A DNA stretch of 64,000 nt, from the NCBI GenBank assembly GCA_963717145.1, contig OY970325.1, positions 192,001-256,000 of the forward strand, given 5' to 3'. The notes under the pieces were generated by a model. It made no database searches, was not told the origin of the DNA, and saw only the letters and a list, made by a program, of their open reading frames with translations. A program made the position numbers and the translations under genes. Shown piece by piece: positions 48,295 through 58,836 of this stretch; the first letter of the stretch is position 1, and each line of letters begins with the position of its first letter. This stretch comes from an uncultured Armatimonadetes bacterium (GTDB taxonomy: Bacteria > Armatimonadota > UBA5829 > DTJY01).

Positions 48295-49899
48295 TTGGTG
48301 GCTGTCGTGCAATCAGATCACTCAAAACCTGACATCAGCGGCTTGTCATTCGACCTGCCTCAGGACATGCGCGAACGCGGCATCCTCGTGCTCGATCCGA
48401 CCCATCGGATCAGCTACGTGGATCCGGGCGTCTGTCGGATGCTGCGCGTCGAGCAGGCAGATCTGCTCGACAAGGACCGCACTGAGGTCATCAGAGAGAT
48501 TCTCAAGGTCGGGTTCAAGGATGCCGACGGCTTCGAGGCGAAGTGCCGGTGGCTCAAGGACCACCCGCACGAGGTGCTGGAGCACGTGCTCGAACTCGTC
48601 AAGCCCGAACGCCGCGTTCTTCACTGGTACAGCGCGCCGATCTTCGGCGATGAGGGAGCGTACCTCGGACGGGCTGAGGTCTACAGCGACATCACGAAGC
48701 GCCGTCAGCTCGAGGCGAGTGTGCGCGAGGCCTATGAGGAACTCAAGGCGACGCAGGATCAGCTTGTCCAGTCCGAGAAGCTGCGGGCCATCGGTGAGAT
48801 CGCGAGCGGAGTGGCGCACGATTTCAACAACACTCTCGGCATCATCCTCGGCAACATTCAGCTTCTGGTGCGAAACATCCAGGACGCATCGGCGGTATCG
48901 AGGCTGCAGGCCATCGAACGAGCCGCTCTCGATGCCGTCGAGACCGTGCGTAGGATCCAGGAGTTCACCAAGATCAAGGCGGAGGAGCCATTCTCGCCTC
49001 TCGACCTCAGCGCTCTGGCCGGGGAAGTCGTCGAGGTGCTCAAGCCTGCGTGGCACGACGCCATGGAGGCACAGGGGAGCCACGTCGAGATGAAGCTCGA
49101 CCTGAGGGAAGGCGCGTATGCCCTGGGTGTCGCCGCCGAGATCAGGGAGGTGCTGGCGAACATCATCCTGAACGCGGTCCAGTCGATGCCCGGAGGCGGG
49201 CGGATCGAGATATCGACCGGCCGCTCCGATGAGTCGGCTTGGATCCGCATCTCCGACACCGGCGTCGGCATGACGGATGACGTGCAGAAGCGCATCTTCG
49301 ACCCATTCTTCACGACGCGCGGAGTCGAGGGCACCGGCCTCGGGATGAGCGTTGCATACGGGATAATCAGTCGCCACAAGGGTGCGATCGACGTCGAGAG
49401 CGAGCCGGGGCAGGGGACGACAATCACCATAACCCTGGCGGCGGTGGAAGCCGCTCCCGAGCTGGACGATGTGCGTCAGCCTGCCGAGGATTCCGGCTCT
49501 CAGCCCGCGAAGATACTCGTCGTGGACGACGAGGAGGCATTCGCGCAGGTGATGGTCGAGATGCTCACGGAATGCGGGCATATGGTATGCGTCGCCCGCA
49601 GCGGACGGGAGGCGGTCGAGCGGTTCGAGGCAGAGCGGCACGATCTCGTGTTCACCGACCTGGGGATGCCGGGGATGTCCGGCTGGGACGTGGCCCGAAG
49701 CATCAAGAGCCTGGCGCCTCGGACGCCGGTCGTGCTTCTCACCGGCTGGGGGAAGACGATAACCGACGATGAGGTGCAGGGCTCGCAGATCGACATGGTG
49801 CTCTCCAAGCCGGTCAACATGGACCATCTTTCGGCGATAGTATCCGAGGTACTAGGCCGTAGGGGAGGCCTTCAACGGCCTCCCGGTGAGGTAACATGA
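48295..49899 (+). CDS. PAS-domain hybrid histidine kinase with a receiver domain
   Basis: GVAHDFNN, DTGVGM, FFTT..GTGLG, ILVVDDE and DLGMP motifs. Confidence 0.92.
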   Translation: MVAVVQSDHSKPDISGLSFDLPQDMRERGILVLDPTHRISYVDPGVCRMLRVEQADLLDKDRTEVIREILKVGFKDADGFEAKCRWLKDHPHEVLEHVLELVKPERRVLHWYSAPIFGDEGAYLGRAEVYSDITKRRQLEASVREAYEELKATQDQLVQSEKLRAIGEIASGVAHDFNNTLGIILGNIQLLVRNIQDASAVSRLQAIERAALDAVETVRRIQEFTKIKAEEPFSPLDLSALAGEVVEVLKPAWHDAMEAQGSHVEMKLDLREGAYALGVAAEIREVLANIILNAVQSMPGGGRIEISTGRSDESAWIRISDTGVGMTDDVQKRIFDPFFTTRGVEGTGLGMSVAYGIISRHKGAIDVESEPGQGTTITITLAAVEAAPELDDVRQPAEDSGSQPAKILVVDDEEAFAQVMVEMLTECGHMVCVARSGREAVERFEAERHDLVFTDLGMPGMSGWDVARSIKSLAPRTPVVLLTGWGKTITDDEVQGSQIDMVLSKPVNMDHLSAIVSEVLGRRGGLQRPPGEVT

Positions 49900-49940
49900 G
49901 CCGTAGGGGAGGCCTTCAACGGCCTCCAGTGAGGTGTCGC

Positions 49941-50408
49941 ATGAGCAAAGAGCTGCCGCGTCGTAAGGCGATCCGGATGGATCGAGGTGTATATGGCATC
50001 GAGGGCGTCGTATACCACATCACGATATGTACAGCGGGCGGGCGACCGATCTTCGCCGATGCCTCGCTCGCCAAGGAAGTCTTTGAGAATCTGCTCAACG
50101 GTCCGGTCGCCCGAGAATGCGTTTTGTACGCTGTTTGCTTGATGCCTGATCACATTCACCTGCTGATTGGAGTCAAGCAGACCAATCTCATTGATCTGCT
50201 TGCCAGGTGGAAGACCTTCACTACGAACTTTGCGCACAAGCGAGGCGTCTGCGGTGACATCTGGCAGCGAAGCTTCTACGACCATGCATTGAAAGTGGAG
50301 GAGCATATAACAGAGACAGCCGAGTATATCGTTGGTAACCCCGTGAGAGCTCGGCTTGTGGACGATATCACCGGTTATCCGTATTCCTGGCATCGATGGA
50401 CGGAATAG
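49941..50408 (+). mobile_element. REP-associated tyrosine transposase (RAYT, Y1 HUH)
   Basis: YHITICT, MPDHIH, WQRSFYDH and YI..NPV motifs; flanked by GTAG REPs at 49857, 49901 and 50411. Confidence 0.88.
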
Positions 50409-50410
50409 AA

Positions 50411-50715
50411 CCGTAGGGGAGGCCTTCAACGGCCTCCCGCGGCCGGGCGGGCGTAGAAGCACCGCCCCTACGGTGGAGGTCGGCCGGGCGGGCGTAGAAG
50501 CACCGCCCCTACGGTGGAGGTCGGCCGGGCGGGCGTAGAAGCACCGCCCCTACGGTGGAGGTCGGGCGGGCGGGCGTAGAAGCACCGCCCCTACGGTGGA
50601 GGTCGGGCGGGCGGGCGTGGAAGCACCGCCCCTACGGTGGAGGTCGGGCAGGCGGGCGTGGAAGCACCTCCCCTACGGTGGTGGTGGGCGGGCGTAGAAG
50701 CACCGCCCCTACGGT
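50411..50715. repeat. One forward REP plus seven inverted REP units at 41-bp period
   Basis: Unit gggcgggcgtagaagcaccgcccctacggtggaggtc; last interval 36 bp. Confidence 0.92.
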
Positions 50716-50733
50716 GATAGTGAGGCATACCGA

Positions 50734-52111
<1,378 letters not shown>

Positions 52112-52134
<23 letters not shown>

Positions 52135-52951
52135 TCTAACTAGCTACATCGAACGCGTGGTTTCACGCGCTGCCGAAGCTCGAGATGAGGCTGAGCGCAG
52201 GCAGGTAGCCACCGACACGGCGTCCGAGGTCCAGGCATGCATGAATGCCGAGCGACTGGCGGCCGCGAGTCGGATGGCGGCCTGGCTTGCCCACCAGATC
52301 AACAATCCGCTCGGCACGATCTCGGGGAACGCGCAGCTTCTGGCCAGACGACTGCAGAGGCAACTCGGCGAAGTGGCCGATCTGCCCGCTTGCCTCCGAT
52401 ACGTGGAGGGGATCCAAAGCCAGACGGAGCGCTGTGCCCTGATCACCGGCGACCTGCTCGGCTTCACAAGGCACGTGAACCTGGAACTGCGACGTGTGGA
52501 CATCCGTCCGGTCGTGAGGGAGGCAGTTCAGCTTGCCCGATCTGGACGCGGTGATCGAGAGATCATCCTCGGCCAGGGATTTGCGGGAGAGATCCCGTGC
52601 GTCCTCGCCGACCGAGAGGCGCTGGCGAAGGTCGTGTACGAGGTCATCGTGAACGCGATCGAGGCGACTCCCGAGGGAGGAGCGATCACCGTGGATGCGT
52701 TGGAGCACTCCCGGTGGATCGCCATCAGGGTGACCGACTCCGGTCCGGGGATTCGCAGGCAGGTTCTACGGAGAGTGTTCGATCCTTTCTTCTCCACCAA
52801 GGAGAAGGCGAGGGGGCTCGGACTCACGACCGGCCTGGACCTGATGCGTCAGATGCGGGGAACGATCCGCATCGAGAAAACCGGTCCGTCAGGCACGGTG
52901 GTCACGATCCGCGCCCCGGCCGCGGTCCCGAGAGGCTGGGCGCAGATGTAG
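52112..52951 (+). CDS. Histidine kinase without a sensor domain
   Basis: LAHQINNPL, DSGPGI and PFFSTK..GLGL motifs. Confidence 0.85.
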
Positions 52952-52985
52952 CATACTTGTGTAGACACATTTGGGAGAAGACTCA

Positions 52986-54385
52986 TGGCGCTAGGCATCG
53001 CACTAACTCAAAAGCAGACTGGCGGGATGGTCCCGGAGCACATGATCGGCAAATCAGTGCTCAAGATGAGTGTTGTCGAGTTGCAGGAGTTCGTTCGTGC
53101 CCAACTCGCCGAGAACCCGGCCCTGGCACTCCAGGAGGAGCGTTCGTGCCCCGTATGCGGGTCGGAGCTGGCCGGCGAGATCTGTGCCATGTGCGGATAT
53201 CGAGAAACGGACGAGGAGCATGCCTCGGATGAATACGCCGACGACTGGCATGACGACGGATGGAAGCTGCCCGAGCGCGCCGATGAGGATCCGATGGACA
53301 CTTTCGCTCTCGTCGCTTCCCCGAAATCGCTTGCCGATCATCTGAAGGAGCAGATCCGCTCCGAGTTCGCTGAAGATACGGTGGAGATCGCGGAGTTCAT
53401 CGTCGATGCGCTCGATGAGGACGGATACCTCCACGAGCCGCTGATCGATATGGCAAACCGCCTTGGGATGAGCGTGCCGGAACTCGAGGTAGTGCTGCAT
53501 GAGGTGCAGAGCCTCGATCCACCGGGAATCGCCGCTCGAAGCCTGAGGGAATGCCTGCTCATCCAGATCAGGCGCATCGAGTCGGAGAGTCAGGACAGAG
53601 ACTTGGCCGAAACCATCCTTCGCGATCACTGGGAAGGCGTCGAGCGCATGAGGCTCGACAAGGTCGCTGAGAGGCTGCAGATTTCCAGGGAGGATGTCGA
53701 GCGCGCGCTGATGTTCATACGCGACAGGCTCAATCCGCATCCGGCTGCGATGTTCCGCGATCCGTGGGAGCGCCTCGCGCCCCGACAGGTCTCGAGGACC
53801 GCGCCGGATATAGCCGTTCGGAGGACCGAATCCGGCCTCGTCGCCGAGATCGTGGATCCGGTGACGAGTCGTCTTTCCCTCGACGAGACGTATTCCTACC
53901 TGTATTCAGAGTTGTCGAAGAAGAAGTCATGTTCCGTGGCGGATCAGGCACATATCCGTGGGTGCGTTCGGGATGCGACGTGCCTGATCGAGGCGCTGGA
54001 GTTCAGAGGCTCGACGCTGGCCCGCATCGCGGAGGAGTTGGCCCGCTGCCAAGCCGGGTATTTCACCGATGGACCGTCGGCATTGAAACCGCTGACTAAG
54101 AAAGAGGTCGCCCAGCGACTCGGGGTACACGAATCGACCGTATGCCGGGCGACTCAGGATAAGACGATCCAGCTTCCGAGCGGGGAGGTCATCTCGATCG
54201 AGGTGCTCTTCGACTCGGCGCTTCCGGTCAAGGAGCTTGTACGACAGTTCGCCACCGAGCGATTGAGCGATGGCGAGATCGCCGGTAAGCTGGCTGAGGC
54301 CGGCATCCATATCGCGCGCCGAACGGTCGCGAAGTATCGCGATCAACTCAGGGTGCTGCCCGTCGAATACCGCCTGGCGGCCTAA
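52986..54385 (+). CDS. rpoN: RNA polymerase sigma-54 factor
   Basis: ENPAL, LDEDGYL, DPPGIAARSLRECL, HESTVCRA and RpoN box ARRTVAKYR. Confidence 0.92.
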
Positions 54386-54424
54386 AAGAGAGGCGTCTCG
54401 TCTGCCGATAATGTCCAATGTAGC

Positions 54425-54492
54425 GTAGGGAACGGGCGCTGTCCCGTTCCGCTTACGGCGCCCGACGGAACGGGACAGCGCCCGTTCCCTAC
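54425..54492. repeat. Inverted GTAG REP pair
   Basis: gtagggaacgggcgctgtcccgttcc ... ggaacgggacagcgcccgttccctac. Confidence 0.85.
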
Positions 54493-54506
54493 AGAGGTTT
54501 GATAGT

Positions 54507-55511
54507 ATGGCTGAGTCAAGTGCAATACATCTGTCAGGAATTGAAAAAGCATCACTGCTGCTGATCGCGCTCGGATCGAAGACCGCGAGTGGCATCCTTC
54601 AGCAGCTCGATCCGCAGGAGGTGCAGAAGCTCTGCACTCGGATCGCGATGCACAAGAACGTCGATCCGAACCTCCGAGATGCAGTGCTCAGAGAGGTCGC
54701 CCTGACCGAGCAGGCAAAATCCTCGGGTGGGATGGACTATGCTCAGGAACTGCTCGAGCAGTCCCTCGGCTCGTCCAAAGCGAAGGAAATGATGGTGGAC
54801 ATCGCCAAGGGATCCGGAGCGCGCCCGTTCGACTGGCTCACTGCGAGCAACGTATCCCGGCTCGCCAACTGCCTCAAGAACGAGCGGCCCCAAGTGATTA
54901 CGCTGGTGCTCGCCCATCTGACTTCGGACCAAGCGGCGTCGACCCTGGCACTGCTTCCTGAGGATCTTCAGGGCAAGGTCGCGTTTCGGTTGACATCCAT
55001 GCAGCCTGTCGCGCTCGAAGTTGTGGAGACGATCGAGGAGATCATCAAGCAGCGGATGACCACCGATGGCGGCGGCGATCGAAGGGCCGTCGGCGGACTT
55101 CAGTCGCTGGTGAGCATCCTCAACAACGCCGACAGATCGACCGAAAACAAGATACTCGAATTCCTGCAGCAAGCCGAGTCGACCATCGCCGAGAACGTCC
55201 GCGAGATGATGTTCGTCTTCGAGGATATCATCACACTCGACGACCGCTCGCTGCAGATCGTCATCCGCGAGCTTGAGCAGGATGACCTCCGCCTCGCCAT
55301 GAAGGGCGCAACTGAGGAGATCAGGGAGTCGTTCTTCCGCAATATGTCGGAACGCGCGGCCGAAGCCTTGAAAGAGGACCTGGAGATGATGGGCCCGGTC
55401 AAACGCCGTGACGTCGAGGCGGCACAGAGGCGCGTAGTCTCGGTGGTTCGCAGACTCGAGGAGGCCGGAGACATCAATCTGCGGACCGAGGAAGAAGATA
55501 TCATCACATGA
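54507..55511 (+). CDS. fliG: Flagellar motor switch protein FliG
   Basis: LSGIEKAS.LL, ERPQ.I, MFVFED and NMSERAA motifs. Confidence 0.95.
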   Translation: MAESSAIHLSGIEKASLLLIALGSKTASGILQQLDPQEVQKLCTRIAMHKNVDPNLRDAVLREVALTEQAKSSGGMDYAQELLEQSLGSSKAKEMMVDIAKGSGARPFDWLTASNVSRLANCLKNERPQVITLVLAHLTSDQAASTLALLPEDLQGKVAFRLTSMQPVALEVVETIEEIIKQRMTTDGGGDRRAVGGLQSLVSILNNADRSTENKILEFLQQAESTIAENVREMMFVFEDIITLDDRSLQIVIRELEQDDLRLAMKGATEEIRESFFRNMSERAAEALKEDLEMMGPVKRRDVEAAQRRVVSVVRRLEEAGDINLRTEEEDIIT

Positions 55512-55546
55512 GCGTGGAGTGTAGAGTGAGTAGTGATACAGGCGAG

Positions 55547-56026
55547 ATGAGGCTCGATTACATCGACCCGTTCGTGCGGGCCGGCTTCTCGGTGCTCGAG
55601 ACGCTCCTGAAGGCGCGCCCGGGCCGAGGACCGCTCGCGATGCGTACCTCCAGCGCCACAACGCACCAGCTTACGATCATGATGAAGGTGGGCGGCGACG
55701 CGGAGGGCATTGTCCTCTACGGCATGTCGCTTGTCGCTGCCCAGAAGATCGCGTCGACCATGCTGGACAGACCGATCAGCGAGATGGACGACGCCGCCTG
55801 GGAAGCGATCGGCGAGTTGGCAAACACCATCAACGGGAATGCGACCAGGCTTCTCGGGGAAGTCGGACATACGTGTGAGATCTCGCCGGCGGAGGTCATC
55901 CGCGGCGTCAATATCGCAGTACCCAGCGAAGTGCCCGCGCTGGTGGTTCCTATCAGCACCAGATTTGGGCGGCTCGAGATCGACATCGCGCTCAACGTGA
56001 CGGATCAGGCCCGGAAAGCCGCGTAG
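55547..56026 (+). CDS. cheX: Chemotaxis phosphatase CheX-like protein
   Basis: YIDPF, AIGELANTINGNA and ISP motifs. Confidence 0.85.
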   Translation: MRLDYIDPFVRAGFSVLETLLKARPGRGPLAMRTSSATTHQLTIMMKVGGDAEGIVLYGMSLVAAQKIASTMLDRPISEMDDAAWEAIGELANTINGNATRLLGEVGHTCEISPAEVIRGVNIAVPSEVPALVVPISTRFGRLEIDIALNVTDQARKAA

Positions 56027-56050
56027 TGGCCTTCGATGTGCCTTCGCTTC

Positions 56051-56119
56051 TCCGTAGGGGCGATCCTTCTACGGTCGCCCGGTACGCAGGGCGACCGTAG
56101 AAGGATCGCCCCTACGGAG
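56051..56119. repeat. Inverted GTAG REP pair
   Basis: ccgtaggggcgatccttctacggtcgccc / gggcgaccgtagaaggatcgcccctacgg. Confidence 0.88.
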
Positions 56120-56164
56120 AAGCGATCGAAGGGCAGCAGTGATCAAGAGAAGCAGGAGGCAAAG

Positions 56165-57232
56165 TTGTCTGAAAAACTATCCAAGAACGAACTCGATGCG
56201 GTGCGCGATCGGTGTGAGGACCGCAGGCCCGAACTTCGATACGACATCGTGACGCAGGATGAGATCAGTGCCCTCCTGTCGGCATATCTCTCGGCGAATG
56301 CTCATGCCTCCGGTGACTTTGCCGCGCGCGAGCGGGAAGTGCGCCTGTACGATTTTTCGCGGCCCGACCGTTTCTCGAAGGAGCACCTCCGGACTCTGCA
56401 CTCGATCCACAGCAGTTTCGCCGCCGGGCTCGCGACAACACTGTCGAACCTATGCCAATCGCAGACCGCGGTCGATCTGATCGGCGTCGACCAGATCTCG
56501 TACAAAGAGTATTGCGCCTCGATCCCGTCGAAGACGGTGATTGCCGAGGTTGCCATGGAGCAGTTCACTACCAGTATACTCTTCGAGGTGAACCCGAACG
56601 TCGTCGGACTATGGGTGGACTGTCTCTGTGGGGGCGATCCGCATCTTCCAAGCGAGCCGAGCAAGCTCACGCCGGTCGATCTGGCTGTGGCGCGAGGCGT
56701 CCTGACTTCGTGCCTGCAGGTCTATGCCGACAGTTGGGCCAGTATGGTCGAGCTGAAGCCGCAGATCCAGCGCGCGGTGGACAGCGAGTCCTATGACGAT
56801 ATCTTCCTGCCCTCCGAGACGGTCCTGGTGTGCGGCTTCGAGGTACACACCGGGCAGTGCGTCGGCATGATGACGGTCTGCATCCCCGCCGCCGGTGTTG
56901 AAGCGATCCTCCCTGCGCTGACCACTGCCAGGATGACTCAGGCGTCGAGGAAGCAGGACCGAGCAGGCGCCAGTGACATGAGAAACGCGCTCGCGCCCGT
57001 GATCCTCCCGTGCCGAGTAGTGCTTGGCCGAGCGAACGTGTCTCTTTCAGACGTGATGAACCTCGAGGTCGGTGATGTCATTAGGACCGACCGCGGGGCC
57101 GATGCCGAGATCGAGCTTTGGGCGGGCGACCGTCACGTCTTCAATTGCCGGCCCGGAATGCGCGGCACTAAGCCATCCGTCGTGATCTCCGGCCCCCACG
57201 AATCGCCCGCCGCGAGCGCCAGTATTCCCTAG
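56165..57232 (+). CDS. fliM: Flagellar motor switch protein FliM
   Basis: TQDEISALL, YDFSRPDRFSKEHLR and a C-terminal SpoA domain (LEVGDVI). Confidence 0.92.
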   Translation: MSEKLSKNELDAVRDRCEDRRPELRYDIVTQDEISALLSAYLSANAHASGDFAAREREVRLYDFSRPDRFSKEHLRTLHSIHSSFAAGLATTLSNLCQSQTAVDLIGVDQISYKEYCASIPSKTVIAEVAMEQFTTSILFEVNPNVVGLWVDCLCGGDPHLPSEPSKLTPVDLAVARGVLTSCLQVYADSWASMVELKPQIQRAVDSESYDDIFLPSETVLVCGFEVHTGQCVGMMTVCIPAAGVEAILPALTTARMTQASRKQDRAGASDMRNALAPVILPCRVVLGRANVSLSDVMNLEVGDVIRTDRGADAEIELWAGDRHVFNCRPGMRGTKPSVVISGPHESPAASASIP

Positions 57233-57238
57233 AAACCA

Positions 57239-57355
57239 CACCGCTAGTCCTGAGTTCGCCGGTGAATGACGGCGTGTAACGAAGGACGGCTCGGTGGAGT
57301 AAGGCCGTCCTTCGTTACACGCCGTCATTCACCGGCGAACTCAGGACTGACGGTG
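57239..57355. repeat. Long palindrome (family P)
   Basis: Near-identical to 48121-48236. Confidence 0.92.
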
Positions 57356-57373
57356 TGGGCTTTCTCAGGAGCG

Positions 57374-57517
57374 CACTCCCGCACTCCCGCACTCCCGCAC
57401 TCCCACACTCCCACACTCCCACACTCCCACACTCCCACACTCCCACACTCCCACACTCCCACACTCCCACACTCCCACACTCCCACACTCCCACACTCCC
57501 ATACTCCCATACTCCCG
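57374..57517. repeat. 18 copies of the octamer (C/T)ACTCCC(A/G)
   Basis: Uninterrupted 8-bp period. Confidence 0.95.
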
Positions 57518-57530
57518 CACCCCCTCCGCC

Positions 57531-57546
57531 TGGCACGCAAATTGCT
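57531..57546 (+). promoter_or_regulatory. Sigma54 promoter of the flgB operon
   Basis: TGGCAC-GCAAA-TTGCT about 40 bp upstream of flgB. Confidence 0.88.
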
Positions 57547-57583
57547 GGTACTTCCCTGCCGGAATCCATCCGGGAGGTGAACA

Positions 57584-57973
57584 GTGATGCTCCGTAACCT
57601 GATGACCGATCTGACAACGGCGGTGATCGGCAAGTCGCTCGATGCCGCCGGCATGAGGCATCGCATAATCGCCGACAACATCGCGAATGTCGAGACCCCC
57701 GGCTTCACGCGCTCGGAGGTCGCCTTCGAATCGAGGCTCAAGCAGGCGCTCGAGACCACGACCGGCGACGATGCGATGGAGCAGGTTTCGGCGCTCCAGC
57801 CCGAGGTCGAGGCGGACACGCTCTCACCTGCGCGCCCGGACGGCAACAACGTTTTGATCGACAAAGAGATGACCGACCTGACCAAGAACACGCTCAGGTA
57901 CGAGGCGCTGGTGCAGTTGATGAACCTCAAGGGCGCCCAGGTCCGGTCGGCGATCAATGGAGGCAAGGGATAG
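57584..57973 (+). CDS. flgB: Flagellar basal-body rod protein FlgB
   Basis: IADNIANVETPGF and DGNNV.IDKEM motifs. Confidence 0.95.
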   Translation: MMLRNLMTDLTTAVIGKSLDAAGMRHRIIADNIANVETPGFTRSEVAFESRLKQALETTTGDDAMEQVSALQPEVEADTLSPARPDGNNVLIDKEMTDLTKNTLRYEALVQLMNLKGAQVRSAINGGKG

Positions 57974-57976
57974 TAA

Positions 57977-58387
57977 ATGGGGAATTTCTCCGCAATCGAC
58001 ATTAGCGCTTCGGGACTAATCGCCCAGCGGACGAGGCTCGACGCGATCGCCAACAATATTGCCAATGCCAACACGACTCGAACCGAGTCGGGCGGTCCGT
58101 TCCGCCGCCAGCAGGTCGTCTTCCGCGTCCACCGCGAGGAGGATGCACCTCTCAGCCGCGGGGTCGAGGTCGAGTCCGTGATCGAGAGCAACGAGCCGCC
58201 CAAGATCGTGTTCGATCCTTCGCATCCTGATGCCGGCCCTGACGGACGGGTCGCGCTTCCGAACGTGAATATCGTCGAGGAGATGACGGATATGATCTCG
58301 GCGACCAGGGCATACGAGGCGAACGTGACCGCAGTCACGGCCGCCCGCAGCATGGCCTCCAAGGCACTCGAGATCGGCAGGGGATAG
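57977..58387 (+). CDS. flgC: Flagellar basal-body rod protein FlgC
   Basis: ISASGL.AQR, DPSHPDA and RAYEANV motifs. Confidence 0.96.
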   Translation: MGNFSAIDISASGLIAQRTRLDAIANNIANANTTRTESGGPFRRQQVVFRVHREEDAPLSRGVEVESVIESNEPPKIVFDPSHPDAGPDGRVALPNVNIVEEMTDMISATRAYEANVTAVTAARSMASKALEIGRG

Positions 58388-58397
58388 GGTTGATGGC

Positions 58398-58470
58398 TCT
58401 CCGTAGGGGCGATCCTTCGACGGTCGCCCGGTCCGCAGGGCGACCGTTGAAGGATCGCCCCTACGGAGAG
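58398..58470. repeat. Inverted GTAG REP pair
   Basis: Same family as 56051-56119. Confidence 0.88.
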
Positions 58471-58496
58471 CCATCGAATGACGAAAGCAGGTAGAC

Positions 58497-58790
58497 ATGA
58501 GAATCGATGCCATAAGTCCGAGCATACAGCCCACAGCGACAAGCGCCACCGCAGGCGCCGAGCCGAGCGGTCAGAGCTTCGGTCAGACGATCAAAGAGGC
58601 GCTTTCCGGCGTCAACAATCTTCAATCCAACGCCGACGATGTCGCCGCCAAGTTCGCAAAGGGAGACGCCGTCGAGATCCACCAGGCGATGATCGAGATG
58701 CAGAAGGCGAGCACCGCCCTGCAGTTCACCATTCAGGTTAGAAACAAGATCATCGAAGCCTACCAGGAAGTCATGAGGATGCAGGTCTAG
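58497..58790 (+). CDS. fliE: Flagellar hook-basal body protein FliE
   Basis: QVRNKIIEAYQEVMRMQV. Confidence 0.96.
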   Translation: MRIDAISPSIQPTATSATAGAEPSGQSFGQTIKEALSGVNNLQSNADDVAAKFAKGDAVEIHQAMIEMQKASTALQFTIQVRNKIIEAYQEVMRMQV

Positions 58791-58836
58791 GGGAAGATTC
58801 GAAACTCGAAATTCGAAATTCGAAGGGATGCAATAG

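Noticed and set aside
50440-50715. Possible CRISPR array
   Set aside because: Whole 41-bp units repeat with no unique spacers, there are no cas genes, and the units are REPs beside a RAYT.
57315-57661. Repeat-peptide ORFs (WECGSVGV)n and (HSHTPTLP)n
   Set aside because: Translation artefacts of the octamer repeat.
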